Below, piece by piece: positions 37,737-48,997 of a stretch of 54,989 nucleotides of DNA. Below the pieces are notes generated by a model that worked only from the letters and a program-made list of their open reading frames with translations, was not told the origin of the DNA and ran no database searches. Positions within the stretch are counted from its first letter, which is position 1. The number at the start of each line of letters is the position of its first letter. The position numbers were made by a program, and so were the translations under genes. This DNA is from Anaerovibrio sp. (GTDB taxonomy: Bacteria > Bacillota > Negativicutes > Selenomonadales > Selenomonadaceae): positions 1 through 54,989 of the forward strand of contig JAQUZO010000001.1 of NCBI GenBank assembly GCA_028691285.1. Reading direction: 5' to 3'.

Positions 37737-40700
37737 ATGACAGAGCCAACAGCATTTGCTCACCTCCATGTACATACGGAATACAGCCTGCTGGATGGTG
37801 CGAACAGAATCAAGCCGTTGATTGCCCGCACCAAAGAGATGGGAATGCAGCATATTGCCATTACAGATCACGGCAATATGTTTGGTATCATGGAATTTTA
37901 CAGGGCATGTAAGGCGGAGGGCATCAATCCAGTCATTGGCTGCGAGGTTTATGTCGCTCCCAGGGATTGCCATGAGCTGTACGAGGTGGATGGGACGCGT
38001 TATTATCACCTTGTTCTGCTGGCAGAAAACAATGAGGGCTACCGCAATCTGGTGCAGCTGGTTTCCAAAGCCAACACGGAAGGTATGTATTATAAGCCCC
38101 GTGTGGACAAGGAGCTGCTGCGAAAGCACAGCAGAGGGCTGATTTGTCTCAGTGCCTGTATTGCCGGGGAGGTTCCGGCGTGGATTATCCGCGGTGATAT
38201 GTTCCGGGCAGAAAAGGCTCTGCAGGAATATGTCGATATTTTTGGTGCGGAAAATTATTTCATTGAGATTCAGAACCACGGTATGGAGGAAGAGAAAAAA
38301 GCTGTCAAGGGGCTGCTTGCCCTGGCAGAGAAATACAATTTGGGACTGGTGGCTACCAATGATGCCCATTATCTGAAAAGAGAGGACAGTGAGTTCCATG
38401 ACGTCCTCCTGTGCATCCAGACGGGCAAAACCCTGAGTGAGCCGGGCCGCATGAGATTTTCCAGTGATGATTACTATCTGAAGTCACCGGAGGAAATGCA
38501 GGCGCTTTTCCCTGAGCAGCCGGAAGCTCTTGCCAATACGGTAAAGATTGCGGAAAGATGCCATGTAGAGTTTGATTTTGAACACAGGCACCTGCCAAAT
38601 TTTCCGCTGCCTGAAGGCATGACGGATGAAAAGTATCTAAGGCAGCTCTGCGATAAATACCTGCCGGAAAAATATCCGGAAATTACTCAGGAGGTAAGGG
38701 AGCGTCTGGATTATGAGCTGGGAGTCATCCACAGCATGGGATTTGACAGTTATTTTCTTATTGTATGGGATTTTATCAATTATGCCCGCAGCGTAAATAT
38801 TCCTGTAGGGCCGGGACGCGGTTCGGCGGCCGGGAGCATTGTAGCGTACGCACTGGGGATCACTGATCTTGACCCGTTGGAATATGATTTGCTGTTTGAG
38901 CGCTTTTTGAATCCGGAGCGTGTCAGCATGCCGGATATAGACATTGATTTTTGTTATGTGCGTCGTGAAGAGGTCATCGAATATGTCAAGAAACGCTACG
39001 GCGAAGATCATGTAAGCCAGATTATTACCTTTGGTACCCTGAAGGCGAAAAATGCCGTGCGTGATGTAGCCCGTGCCATGGGAATGTCCTATGCAGACGG
39101 TGACAGGGTGGCAAAGCTGATTCCCGGCGGGCCCAAGGTGACTCTGCAGTCTACTATGGATGGCATTGAGGAATTCAGGAAGCTCTATGCTGAGGATGAG
39201 CAGGTCAAAAAGCTGGTGGATATGGCCATGCGCGTGGAGGGGCTGCGGCGCAACTGCGGCAAGCATGCTGCCGGTATCGTGATTGCCCGCAATCCGATTA
39301 CTGACTATATGCCGATTATGATTGCTGATGGTGCACTGGTCACGCAGTTTGAAAAGGATTTAGTTGAAGAGCTTGGACTCCTGAAAATGGACTTTTTGGG
39401 GCTGAGGACTTTGACGGTATTGGATGATGCCGTAAAGAATATCAAAAAAAGCCGCAGGATAGACATAGACCTGCGGAAGATTCCTCATACAGATGCCAAA
39501 ACTTGTGAAATGCTGTGCGCCGGAGGAACCAGTGCCGTGTTTCAGATGGAATCCAGCGGTATGACGCGCATTATGCAGGATTTGAAGCCGGAAGGCTTTT
39601 TGGATTTGATTCCTTTGGTGGCTCTTTACCGGCCGGGCCCCTTGGGCAGCGGCATGGTGGATGATTTCATCGGAGGGCGTCATGGAACCAGGGAGGTGCA
39701 TTATCTGCATCCGCTGCTGGAGCCTATATTGAAGGAGACATTCGGCGTGGTACTGTATCAGGAGCAGGTCATGCAGATTGTGCAGGTGCTGGCGGGGTTC
39801 AGCCTGGGCCAGGCAGATTTGCTGCGGCGTGCCATGGGCAAAAAAAAGGCTGCTATCCTGATGGCACAGAAGGAAAACTTCCTGCAGGGAACTGCCAAAA
39901 AGGGCATCGAGGATAAGCTGGCGGAGCAGATTTTTGATTTGCTGACGCATTTCGCGGATTATGGCTTCAATAAGTCACACAGTGCGGCCTATGCCTGGGT
40001 AGCATGGCAGACGGCTTATCTCAAAGCAAATTATCCGGCTGAATTCATGGCGGCGATGCTCACCAGCATCATGGATAATACCGATAAGGTAAGTGTGTAT
40101 ATTGAGCAGTGCAGGCACCTGGGAATATCTATCCTGCCGCCGGACATCAATGCCAGCCAGATCCATTTCAGTGTGGATAATGGGGCTATCCGCTTTGGCA
40201 TGGCGGCAATAAAAAATGTGGGCGAGGCGGCTTTGTCCGTGATTATCAAGGAGCGGGAAGAAAACGGTCCCTTTGCTTCCCTGATGGATTTCTGCTCCCG
40301 AGTCGATATGCACGCTGTCAATAAGCGCAGCCTGGAAAACTTTATTCGGTGCGGCTGCTTTGATTCTCTGGGGGCAAGGCGTTCCCAGCTTTTGGATGCC
40401 TGTGCCAATACCATTGAAGCTGCTGCCGCCATGCAGAAGGACAGAGCGAGCGGACAGCTGGGGCTTTTTGAGGCCGATGTAGTGCAGCAGGTGATTGAGG
40501 TAAAGCCGCGGGATATTCCGGAGGCTGAGCCGGAGGTGCTTTTGAGCTGGGAAAAGGAGATTACCGGCTTCTACATCACTGGGCATCCTTTGGACAGATA
40601 TGAGGCCAAGCTGCAGGGGCTGACACCCATCAAAAATGTAGTGACAGGCCAGCTGCCTGACAATAAAAGGGTCAAGCTGGGCGGCATTGTACGGGAGTGT

Positions 40701-41150
40701 GTGCGGCGCAGTACGAAAAAGGGCGATATGATGTGTTTTCTGCGCCTGGAGGATTACAGCCATAATATCCGGGTAGTGGTTTTTCCTAAAGTTTTTTATG
40801 CCAATATGCATCTGACAGAACCGGATGCCGGTATTGTGATCAGCGGCAGGGTCAACTACAGTGATGATGAACGGGACCGTATCCAGTTTGTGGCGGAAAG
40901 CCTCATATCACTGGAAGAGTACCTGCCGGATTGTTATATTGCCCTGCAGCCCGAGCAGGAAAAGCCGGAAATCTTTTCGGCACTTCGGGAAATCTTTCAG
41001 CAGCACCACGGAAAACAGCCGGTATTCATGTATTTTTACGCCGGAAAAAGACTGATAAAGAATGAGCAGGACTATTGGCTGGACGGTTCTTCAGAGGCGG
41101 CAGACAAAATCAAAAAGCTGCTGGGCGAAGGAAGCGTCAAAATGCGGTAA
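37737..41150 (+). CDS. dnaE: DNA polymerase III alpha subunit, DnaE type
   Basis: HLHVHTEYSLLDG PHP, GRGSAAGS, PDIDIDF, KMDFLGL, GFNKSH, QLGLF and OB fold. Confidence 0.98.
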   Translation: MTEPTAFAHLHVHTEYSLLDGANRIKPLIARTKEMGMQHIAITDHGNMFGIMEFYRACKAEGINPVIGCEVYVAPRDCHELYEVDGTRYYHLVLLAENNEGYRNLVQLVSKANTEGMYYKPRVDKELLRKHSRGLICLSACIAGEVPAWIIRGDMFRAEKALQEYVDIFGAENYFIEIQNHGMEEEKKAVKGLLALAEKYNLGLVATNDAHYLKREDSEFHDVLLCIQTGKTLSEPGRMRFSSDDYYLKSPEEMQALFPEQPEALANTVKIAERCHVEFDFEHRHLPNFPLPEGMTDEKYLRQLCDKYLPEKYPEITQEVRERLDYELGVIHSMGFDSYFLIVWDFINYARSVNIPVGPGRGSAAGSIVAYALGITDLDPLEYDLLFERFLNPERVSMPDIDIDFCYVRREEVIEYVKKRYGEDHVSQIITFGTLKAKNAVRDVARAMGMSYADGDRVAKLIPGGPKVTLQSTMDGIEEFRKLYAEDEQVKKLVDMAMRVEGLRRNCGKHAAGIVIARNPITDYMPIMIADGALVTQFEKDLVEELGLLKMDFLGLRTLTVLDDAVKNIKKSRRIDIDLRKIPHTDAKTCEMLCAGGTSAVFQMESSGMTRIMQDLKPEGFLDLIPLVALYRPGPLGSGMVDDFIGGRHGTREVHYLHPLLEPILKETFGVVLYQEQVMQIVQVLAGFSLGQADLLRRAMGKKKAAILMAQKENFLQGTAKKGIEDKLAEQIFDLLTHFADYGFNKSHSAAYAWVAWQTAYLKANYPAEFMAAMLTSIMDNTDKVSVYIEQCRHLGISILPPDINASQIHFSVDNGAIRFGMAAIKNVGEAALSVIIKEREENGPFASLMDFCSRVDMHAVNKRSLENFIRCGCFDSLGARRSQLLDACANTIEAAAAMQKDRASGQLGLFEADVVQQVIEVKPRDIPEAEPEVLLSWEKEITGFYITGHPLDRYEAKLQGLTPIKNVVTGQLPDNKRVKLGGIVRECVRRSTKKGDMMCFLRLEDYSHNIRVVVFPKVFYANMHLTEPDAGIVISGRVNYSDDERDRIQFVAESLISLEEYLPDCYIALQPEQEKPEIFSALREIFQQHHGKQPVFMYFYAGKRLIKNEQDYWLDGSSEAADKIKKLLGEGSVKMR

Positions 41151-41198
41151 GTTGAAAGAATGGCAGAATTGTGTTATCATGAAACAGTTATAGTATAA

Positions 41199-42413
<1,215 letters not shown>

Positions 42414-42989
42414 ATGCTTATGGATAAAAAATCAATGCGACGCTGCGGCTTGACGAGCCGCAGAGCTTTGTCAGAGGAGCAGCGGCAGAATAAAAGCAGG
42501 CTGATAGTGGAAAAACTGCTTCAGAGCAGCGTTTTTCAGGAGGCCAGGACAGTGTTTTGCTATGTCTCTATGGATGATGAGGTAAATACAAGACAGATTT
42601 TGCAGGCAGTGCTGGAGACCGGCAGGATACTTGCCATTCCATATATCACTGATGTGCTGAGGGGGCTGATGAAGCCGGTCAGGCTTCATGCCTTGGAGGA
42701 TCTGACACCGGGACTGTATGATATACCTACGGTACCTGCTGGCCGCCTGGAGGATGTGCAGCAGGAAAGTGTGGATCTGGTGGTTGTGCCGGGAACGGCG
42801 TTTGATTTTGCGGGACATCGTATTGGTATGGGCGGCGGCTATTATGACCGTTTTTTGGCAGGAAGCGGGGCTGTGAAGGCGGCCCTTGCCTATAAGTGCC
42901 AGATTTTTTCAGAGCTGCCTGCTGAAAAGTATGATCAAAAGGTAAATTATATATTTACTGAGGATAAAATTTATAAAGAGAGGATTTGA
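42414..42989 (+). CDS. 5-formyltetrahydrofolate cyclo-ligase
   Basis: VVPGTAFD..GHRIGMGGGYYDR motif. Confidence 0.94.
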   Translation: MLMDKKSMRRCGLTSRRALSEEQRQNKSRLIVEKLLQSSVFQEARTVFCYVSMDDEVNTRQILQAVLETGRILAIPYITDVLRGLMKPVRLHALEDLTPGLYDIPTVPAGRLEDVQQESVDLVVVPGTAFDFAGHRIGMGGGYYDRFLAGSGAVKAALAYKCQIFSELPAEKYDQKVNYIFTEDKIYKERI

Positions 42990-44242
42990 CGCAGTTGAGG
43001 AAAGACAGTTTACTGAAGCTCCTGGCAGCAGTGGTGGTTATTGCTGCTGCATTCTTCACATTTGTAGGGCCTCTTGCAGGTTCCATCCGACAGGGACTAG
43101 ATCTGCAGGGCGGTACTCATGTGGTGCTGGAGGCTGAGGATACTCCGGAGGCCAAGGTAAATGAGGATGCTATGGAGCGGGTTGTTCGCATCATGGAAAA
43201 GCGCGTTAATGAGCTGGGACTGGCAGAGCCGATTGTGCAGCGTCAGGGGGAACGGCGCATCATCGTTGAACTGCCTGGTATCAAGGATCCGGACAGAGCA
43301 ATCCAGGTTATCGGCAAAACGGCCATGCTGGAGTTCAAGAACGAGGAGGGGGAGACTGTGCTCACGGGTACAGACCTCAAGGATGCCCGTGAACAGACTG
43401 ACCAGCAGGGGCAGAATCTAGTAGGCCTGGAGTTCAGCCCGGAGGGAGCGGAGAAATTCGCTGCCCTGACGAGCATGAATGTTGGCCGTACCATTGCGAT
43501 TTTGCTGGATGGCGAGGTTTTGACAGCTCCTCGTGTCAACGAGGCTATTACAGGCGGCAAGGCCGTGATTACAGGCAACAAAACCCTGGAGGAGGCACAT
43601 AATCTTGCGATTTTGCTCCGCAGCGGTTCTCTGCCGGTCAAGGTCAATATCATTGAGACCCGCACGGTTGGGCCATCCCTTGGACAGGATTCCAAAGACA
43701 AGTCTGTGTTTGCATTCACTGTAGGACTTGGTGCGGTTGTATTGTTTATGGCATTATTCTATCGCCTTTCCGGTATTGTTGCTGACATCAGCCTGATGGC
43801 GTATGTCCTTATTCTGTTGTTTGTCCTGAAGCTCCTGGATGCAACGCTGACTTTGCCTGGTGTTGCCGGTATCATCCTCTCCATTGGTATGGCAGTGGAT
43901 GCGAATGTCCTGATATTTGAGCATTTCAAGGAAGAATACCTCAGCGGCAAAACGCTGCGTCTGGCGATGGATGCAGGCTTTTCCCGCGCCTTTACCACGA
44001 TTTTTGATTCCAATATCACTACTATCATAGCTTCTGCGGTTCTTTTCTGCTTTGGTACGGGAACCATCAAGGGCTTTGCCATTACTCTGGGTCTGGGTGT
44101 TGTCATTTCCATGTTTACGGCAGTTACCCTGACACAGTTCTTGATTAAAAATCTGATTGCGGCGAATCTGTTTGCCAATGTCTGGATTTATGGCATCAAC
44201 AAAAAGCCAAAGACAGAGGGAGAGGTGAAGCAGCTTGGCTAA
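42986..44242 (+). CDS. secD: Protein translocase subunit SecD
   Basis: GLDLQGG, VGPSLG, LTLPGVAG and GMAVDANV motifs. Confidence 0.97.
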   Translation: MTQLRKDSLLKLLAAVVVIAAAFFTFVGPLAGSIRQGLDLQGGTHVVLEAEDTPEAKVNEDAMERVVRIMEKRVNELGLAEPIVQRQGERRIIVELPGIKDPDRAIQVIGKTAMLEFKNEEGETVLTGTDLKDAREQTDQQGQNLVGLEFSPEGAEKFAALTSMNVGRTIAILLDGEVLTAPRVNEAITGGKAVITGNKTLEEAHNLAILLRSGSLPVKVNIIETRTVGPSLGQDSKDKSVFAFTVGLGAVVLFMALFYRLSGIVADISLMAYVLILLFVLKLLDATLTLPGVAGIILSIGMAVDANVLIFEHFKEEYLSGKTLRLAMDAGFSRAFTTIFDSNITTIIASAVLFCFGTGTIKGFAITLGLGVVISMFTAVTLTQFLIKNLIAANLFANVWIYGINKKPKTEGEVKQLG

Positions 44243-45161
44243 GATGAAGGTACAGCAGAATCTGCCAAAGATTCGTTTTGATATTTTAAAGCGTTCCAAA
44301 ATCTGGTGTGCTATTTCCCTGCTGATAATCATTCCGGGAATTTTTTGTATGTTCACCAGGGGCTTTAACTTTGGTATTGATTTTACCGGCGGCACAATTG
44401 TTGAAATGCACTTTGCAAAAGAGGTTACCCTGACAGAGGTGCGCGATGTTTTGAAAAATTATGAGCTTGACAATGCTGTCATTCAGCTTTCCGGCGATGC
44501 CAGCAATGTTGAGTCCTCTCAGGATGTAATGATTCGTACGATGGATCTGGAGGAAAGCCAGCGCAAGGAAATCATGGCCAGCCTCAAGGATGATATTGGC
44601 GATTATTCCGTGCTGCGTGAGGAAAAAGTAGGAGCGACCATCGGCGGTGAGCTGATTACCGATGCTGTCATGGCAACGGTGATTTCCTGGATTTTGATTA
44701 TTTTGTATGTGTCCTACCGCTTTGAATGGCGTTTTGGCGTATCAGCTATCTTGACGCTTATTTATGATGTGCTGATTGTACTGACGGCCTTTTCAGTCCT
44801 GCAGAAGCAGGTGGATTCCAGCTTTGTAGCAGCAATACTGACGATTATCGGTTATTCCATCAATGACACTATCGTTATTTTTGACCGTATCCGCGAAAAT
44901 CAGCGGCTGCATTTCCGCAAGGGCGGCGATTTGAATGAGCTTGCCAACCGCAGTATCTATCAGACGCTTACCCGTTCTTTATATACGGTATTTACAGTGC
45001 TCTTTACGACCTTTGCTCTGTATTTCTTTGGCGGCGATACCACCAAGGACTTTGCCTTTGCACTGCTTATCGGATTTTTCAGCGGTTCTTATTCCTCTAT
45101 TTTCGTGGCAAGCCCGCTTTGGGTCATGCTGAGAAAGAAATTTCCGCCTAAACATGCGTAA
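44235..45161 (+). CDS. secF: Protein translocase subunit SecF
   Basis: GIDFTGG and GYSINDTIVIFDRIREN motifs; start is TTG 44235 or ATG 44244. Confidence 0.97.
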   Translation: MAKMKVQQNLPKIRFDILKRSKIWCAISLLIIIPGIFCMFTRGFNFGIDFTGGTIVEMHFAKEVTLTEVRDVLKNYELDNAVIQLSGDASNVESSQDVMIRTMDLEESQRKEIMASLKDDIGDYSVLREEKVGATIGGELITDAVMATVISWILIILYVSYRFEWRFGVSAILTLIYDVLIVLTAFSVLQKQVDSSFVAAILTIIGYSINDTIVIFDRIRENQRLHFRKGGDLNELANRSIYQTLTRSLYTVFTVLFTTFALYFFGGDTTKDFAFALLIGFFSGSYSSIFVASPLWVMLRKKFPPKHA

Positions 45162-45198
45162 GGCTTTGGCGTCAGCTTTTATTCAATGATTCCATATT

Positions 45199-45240
45199 TA
45201 GGACTGCAGTGTAAAAAAATCCTGCGGTCCTATTTTTTTG
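45199..45240 (+). terminator. Terminator after secF
   Basis: TAGGACTGCAG...CTGCGGTCCTA followed by a T run. Confidence 0.8.
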
Positions 45241-45312
45241 TTCTCCCCCGAATCTTTTTTTGCTATAATGTTATGTGGAAAGCTATAATATATAAGAAAG
45301 TGAGTGAAGCCT

Positions 45313-46053
45313 ATGGATATGGAACTGTTTCGCAGGTGGCAGGAGGCTGCATTGGTGAAAAACAACCAGAATACCAGGAAAATACAGCATTTGGCAGCGC
45401 CGCCCGTGCAAAAGCCTTATCCGCCGGAGGCCAAGCTGATTTCTCTGCCTGAACCGTATTTCCTGGAGGATTTTCAGACAAGTTTTTTGGAGCTGATGGA
45501 GCTTCGCTGTACTGTACGCGAATATAATGAGAAGTCCTTCACCTTGAAGGAGCTGAGTTATCTGCTCTGGTGCACTCAGGGCATCAAGATGATGCTTCCC
45601 GGAGGAACTACGAAGAGGACGGTGCCCTCTGCCGGAGCACGGAATGCCCTTGAAACCCATCTTTATATAGACAGGGTGGAGGGGGTGGTTCCCGGCTTGT
45701 ACAGATTTTTAGCGGTAGAGCATGCTCTGCTGCCGGTGGAAGTCAGTGCTGAGGTCAAGGAAAAACTGGTTCCGGCCTTCAACAAGGTCAATATGTATCG
45801 TGCCAGTGCAGTGACCTTTATCTGGACGGCAGTGCTGGACAGAATGGAATATTATTTTGGCAATCGGGCAGTACAGTATCTGTATCTGGATGCCGGCCAT
45901 GTGTGCCAAAATCTCTATTTGGCAGGTTATACTATCGGTGCAGGCATCTGTGCAGTGGGGCATTTCAATGACCGTGAGCTTAACCAGCTTTTAGGGCTTG
46001 ATGGAGAGTCTGAATTTGTTGTTTACGCAGCCCATACGGGCAAAATCAGATAG
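45313..46053 (+). CDS. SagB/ThcOx-family FMN nitroreductase-like protein
   Basis: R.T.REY, RTVPSAGA and LDAGH..QN..L motifs. Confidence 0.88.
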   Translation: MDMELFRRWQEAALVKNNQNTRKIQHLAAPPVQKPYPPEAKLISLPEPYFLEDFQTSFLELMELRCTVREYNEKSFTLKELSYLLWCTQGIKMMLPGGTTKRTVPSAGARNALETHLYIDRVEGVVPGLYRFLAVEHALLPVEVSAEVKEKLVPAFNKVNMYRASAVTFIWTAVLDRMEYYFGNRAVQYLYLDAGHVCQNLYLAGYTIGAGICAVGHFNDRELNQLLGLDGESEFVVYAAHTGKIR

Positions 46054-46071
46054 AAATAAGGGAGATTGATT

Positions 46072-46749
46072 ATGGGGGAAGATCGTTACAGTATTTCTAT
46101 ATTTGCTCCTATTACCGGCAAGGTGGTAGACTTGAGCGAAGTGCCGGATCCTGTATATGCAGACAGGCTGATGGGAGATGGCGTGGCTATTGTACCTGAG
46201 GATGGGACAATGTTCAGCCCTGTTACCGGCTGTCTGAATGTCATTGCCGAGGATAAGCATGCTTTTGGCTTTACATCTGATGATGGCCTGGAAATATTGG
46301 TCCATATCGGAGTAGAAAGCAAGCTGCAGCCTGACTGCTGCGTGGTGCATCAGAAGCTGAACAGCAGGGTGCAGGCGGGTGATTTGATTGCTGAATTCAA
46401 TCTGCCTGAGCTGCAGGCAAGAGATATTAACCTGATTACACCTGTTATAATTTGCGGAGGCCTGAACGGCAAGGTAATCAAGCCGGCAGCAGGCTATGTA
46501 CAGGCCGGTTCCGGTGAGGTCATCAAGGTTATTGACGAAGAAGCCCGGGCAAAATATGAGGCGGAGAGGGCTTCCGGCAATGAAAAAAAAGCGGCGCAGC
46601 CGCCGGCCAGAAAGCAGGCTGCAGAATCGGAGGCTATGGATTTTTTGCGGGACAGAGCTAACTGGCCTAAGCTGATTGGCGGCTTCGTTCTGATGACACT
46701 GCTTCTGGTGGTCGTATTTGTAGGGGTAGCCATGTTTATTGGCCACTGA
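46072..46749 (+). CDS. PTS EIIA(Glc)-like protein with a C-terminal transmembrane segment
   Basis: AP.TG..V.L..VPDPV, MGDGVAI, KHAFG and ILVHIG (phospho-His); hydrophobic tail LIGGFVLMTLLLVVVFVGVAMFIG. Confidence 0.88.
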   Translation: MGEDRYSISIFAPITGKVVDLSEVPDPVYADRLMGDGVAIVPEDGTMFSPVTGCLNVIAEDKHAFGFTSDDGLEILVHIGVESKLQPDCCVVHQKLNSRVQAGDLIAEFNLPELQARDINLITPVIICGGLNGKVIKPAAGYVQAGSGEVIKVIDEEARAKYEAERASGNEKKAAQPPARKQAAESEAMDFLRDRANWPKLIGGFVLMTLLLVVVFVGVAMFIGH

Positions 46750-46775
46750 TACAGAGTTTGTTTAGGAATTTTATT

Positions 46776-48893
46776 ATGGAGCTTGAAAACAATATAGATG
46801 TCCTGAAAGGTGTTGGTCCTAAAAAGCTGCAGCAGCTCAGGGGAATGGGGATCAGCCGCGTATTTGATCTGCTGACATATTTCCCGCGTGGCTATGAGGA
46901 CCAAAGCACCGTTGCGGCTATTGGCAGCCTCAGGGCAGGAGAGCAGGCGGTAATATCCGGTGTGCTCGTCGGTCTGCAGGAAAAAAGGGCGGGACGGCGC
47001 GGCATGGTGATTTTGACAGCGCTTGTTTCGGATGGAACCGGCACACTGCAGCTTACCTGGTTCAATCAAAAATTTTTAAAACAAAAATTAAAAACCGGCA
47101 GAAGGATTTTGGCCAGCGGCAAAGTGACCTATTCCTATGGAGGTCAGGGACAGCTCGCTATGACTCAGATATCAGCCTATGAAATCATGGATGAACAGGC
47201 TGAGGTGGAGAAAAAATGCGGTATTCTGCCGGTTTATTGTGCCTCGGAGGGAATAACGCAAAAGTTTTTGCGTACGCTCATCAGCCAGCTTTTGGCAGCT
47301 GTTGGTACAGAGCAGGAGAGGATGGAGGCTGCCGCAGGAAAAACGGCTGGCGGCCTTGCAGTACCGGAGGTAATTCCTGATTCGGTGCGGCGGGAATACG
47401 GTCTGCTGGACAGACTGACGGCGCTGCAGGCAATTCATTATCCGGCACATTTGGAGGATGTGAAGCAGGCGCGTTACAGATTGGCTTTTGAGGAGCTGTA
47501 TCTTATCCAATGCGGTCTGCTGCTTTTAAAAAAGCGCAGTCAGGAGCACAAGCAGGGCGTTTGCCACCGAGTCAATGGCTATCAGGTACAGGCGCTGCTG
47601 CGAAGTCTGCCCTTTGAGCTGACGGCTGACCAGCGCAAGGCCTGGCAGGATATATGCAGCGATATGGAGCGTACCGTGCCCATGCGGCGCCTGCTGCAGG
47701 GAGATGTTGGCTCAGGCAAGACGGTTGTCGCGATGCTGGCATTGGTCAAGACGGTGGAAAATGGATTGCAGGGTGCCATGATGGCACCAACGGAAATCCT
47801 TGCCAGACAGCATTTTGACAGCTTCAGCAGGCAGCTGTCTCCTCTGGGCATCAGAGTATCGCTGTTGTCCGGCAGACTGACAAAAAAACAGCGGCAGGAG
47901 GTATATGACAGCCTAGCAGAGCATGAAACAGATATCGTCATCGGCACACATGCCCTGATTCAGGCCGAGGTGAGTTTTGCGGCTTTAGGCCTTGTGGTGA
48001 CGGATGAACAGCATCGCTTCGGCATCAATCAGAGAGCCCTGCTGGAACAGAAGGGAGCACGGCTGCCGGATGTCCTGGTAATGACTGCGACGCCTATTCC
48101 ACGAACACTGACTCTGACCGTATATGTTGACTTGCATGTTTCAATGATTCGGCAGCTGCCGCCCGGCAGAAAGCCGATTCGCACTTTTGTCAGAGGACGG
48201 GAACGGCGTGAGCTTATCTATAAATTTGTGTTGGAAGAAATCCATAAGGGCAGGCAGGCTTATGTGGTATGTCCCCTGATTGAAATGAATGAGGAATCGC
48301 GCCTCACCTCAGCTCAGGAGGTGTATGAGGAGCTGACTGGCGGAATTTTCGCCGGTACGGCCTGCGGCATGGTGCATGGAAAGCTGAAGGCCAGGGAGAA
48401 GGAAGACCTGATGCAGAAATTCTATGCTGGCGAAATCAAGCTGCTGGTGGCAACGACGGTCATCGAGGTTGGGGTCAATGTGCCAAATGCCAGTATTATG
48501 GTGGTGGAGCATGCCCAGCAGTTTGGCCTGGCACAGCTGCACCAGCTGCGGGGACGCATTGGCAGAGGAGAGTATGCCTCCTATTGTATTTTGGTTTCGG
48601 AAGGACATACAGAGGCAGCCCGCCAGCGAATGGCAATTATGGAGAGTACGACGGATGGTTTTCTGCTGGCGGAGGAGGATTTGAAGCTGCGCGGCCCGGG
48701 GCAGTTCTTTGGTGCCATGCAGCATGGCCTGCCGGATTTGAAGGTAGCTGATGTGGAACAGGACATTGATGTGCTGCTGCAGGCGAGGCGGGCTGCGCTG
48801 GCATCTGTAGACAATCATGAGGATATGCAGCTGATTTTGCCTGCGCTGGAACTGCAGTATCGGGAACAATTCCTGCATATTTTGGAAAATTAA
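46776..48893 (+). CDS. recG: ATP-dependent DNA helicase RecG
   Basis: Wedge domain, QGDVGSGKT, DEQHRFG, MTATPIPR, QLRGR.GRG and TRG motif. Confidence 0.97.
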   Translation: MELENNIDVLKGVGPKKLQQLRGMGISRVFDLLTYFPRGYEDQSTVAAIGSLRAGEQAVISGVLVGLQEKRAGRRGMVILTALVSDGTGTLQLTWFNQKFLKQKLKTGRRILASGKVTYSYGGQGQLAMTQISAYEIMDEQAEVEKKCGILPVYCASEGITQKFLRTLISQLLAAVGTEQERMEAAAGKTAGGLAVPEVIPDSVRREYGLLDRLTALQAIHYPAHLEDVKQARYRLAFEELYLIQCGLLLLKKRSQEHKQGVCHRVNGYQVQALLRSLPFELTADQRKAWQDICSDMERTVPMRRLLQGDVGSGKTVVAMLALVKTVENGLQGAMMAPTEILARQHFDSFSRQLSPLGIRVSLLSGRLTKKQRQEVYDSLAEHETDIVIGTHALIQAEVSFAALGLVVTDEQHRFGINQRALLEQKGARLPDVLVMTATPIPRTLTLTVYVDLHVSMIRQLPPGRKPIRTFVRGRERRELIYKFVLEEIHKGRQAYVVCPLIEMNEESRLTSAQEVYEELTGGIFAGTACGMVHGKLKAREKEDLMQKFYAGEIKLLVATTVIEVGVNVPNASIMVVEHAQQFGLAQLHQLRGRIGRGEYASYCILVSEGHTEAARQRMAIMESTTDGFLLAEEDLKLRGPGQFFGAMQHGLPDLKVADVEQDIDVLLQARRAALASVDNHEDMQLILPALELQYREQFLHILEN

Positions 48894-48903
48894 ATAATTT
48901 TAA

Positions 48904-48972
48904 CACTTCACTTCATGAAAGCAATATGCTATAATGGGTACATATATTTTCATAATGTAAAGCGTGAAAGTA
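48904..48972 (+). promoter_or_regulatory. yerC-hisZ promoter with putative HisR operators
   Basis: TTCACT(48907)-17-TATAAT(48930) with an extended TG; degenerate 20-bp sites at 48904, 48945 and 48953. Confidence 0.55.
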
Positions 48973-48997
48973 ATTTTGTATATGGGTGGTGTCAAGA

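Noticed and set aside
45313-46053. SagB-like oxidase as a sign of a RiPP (azole) cluster
   Set aside because: There is no YcaO, precursor peptide or transporter nearby; stand-alone members are common in anaerobes.
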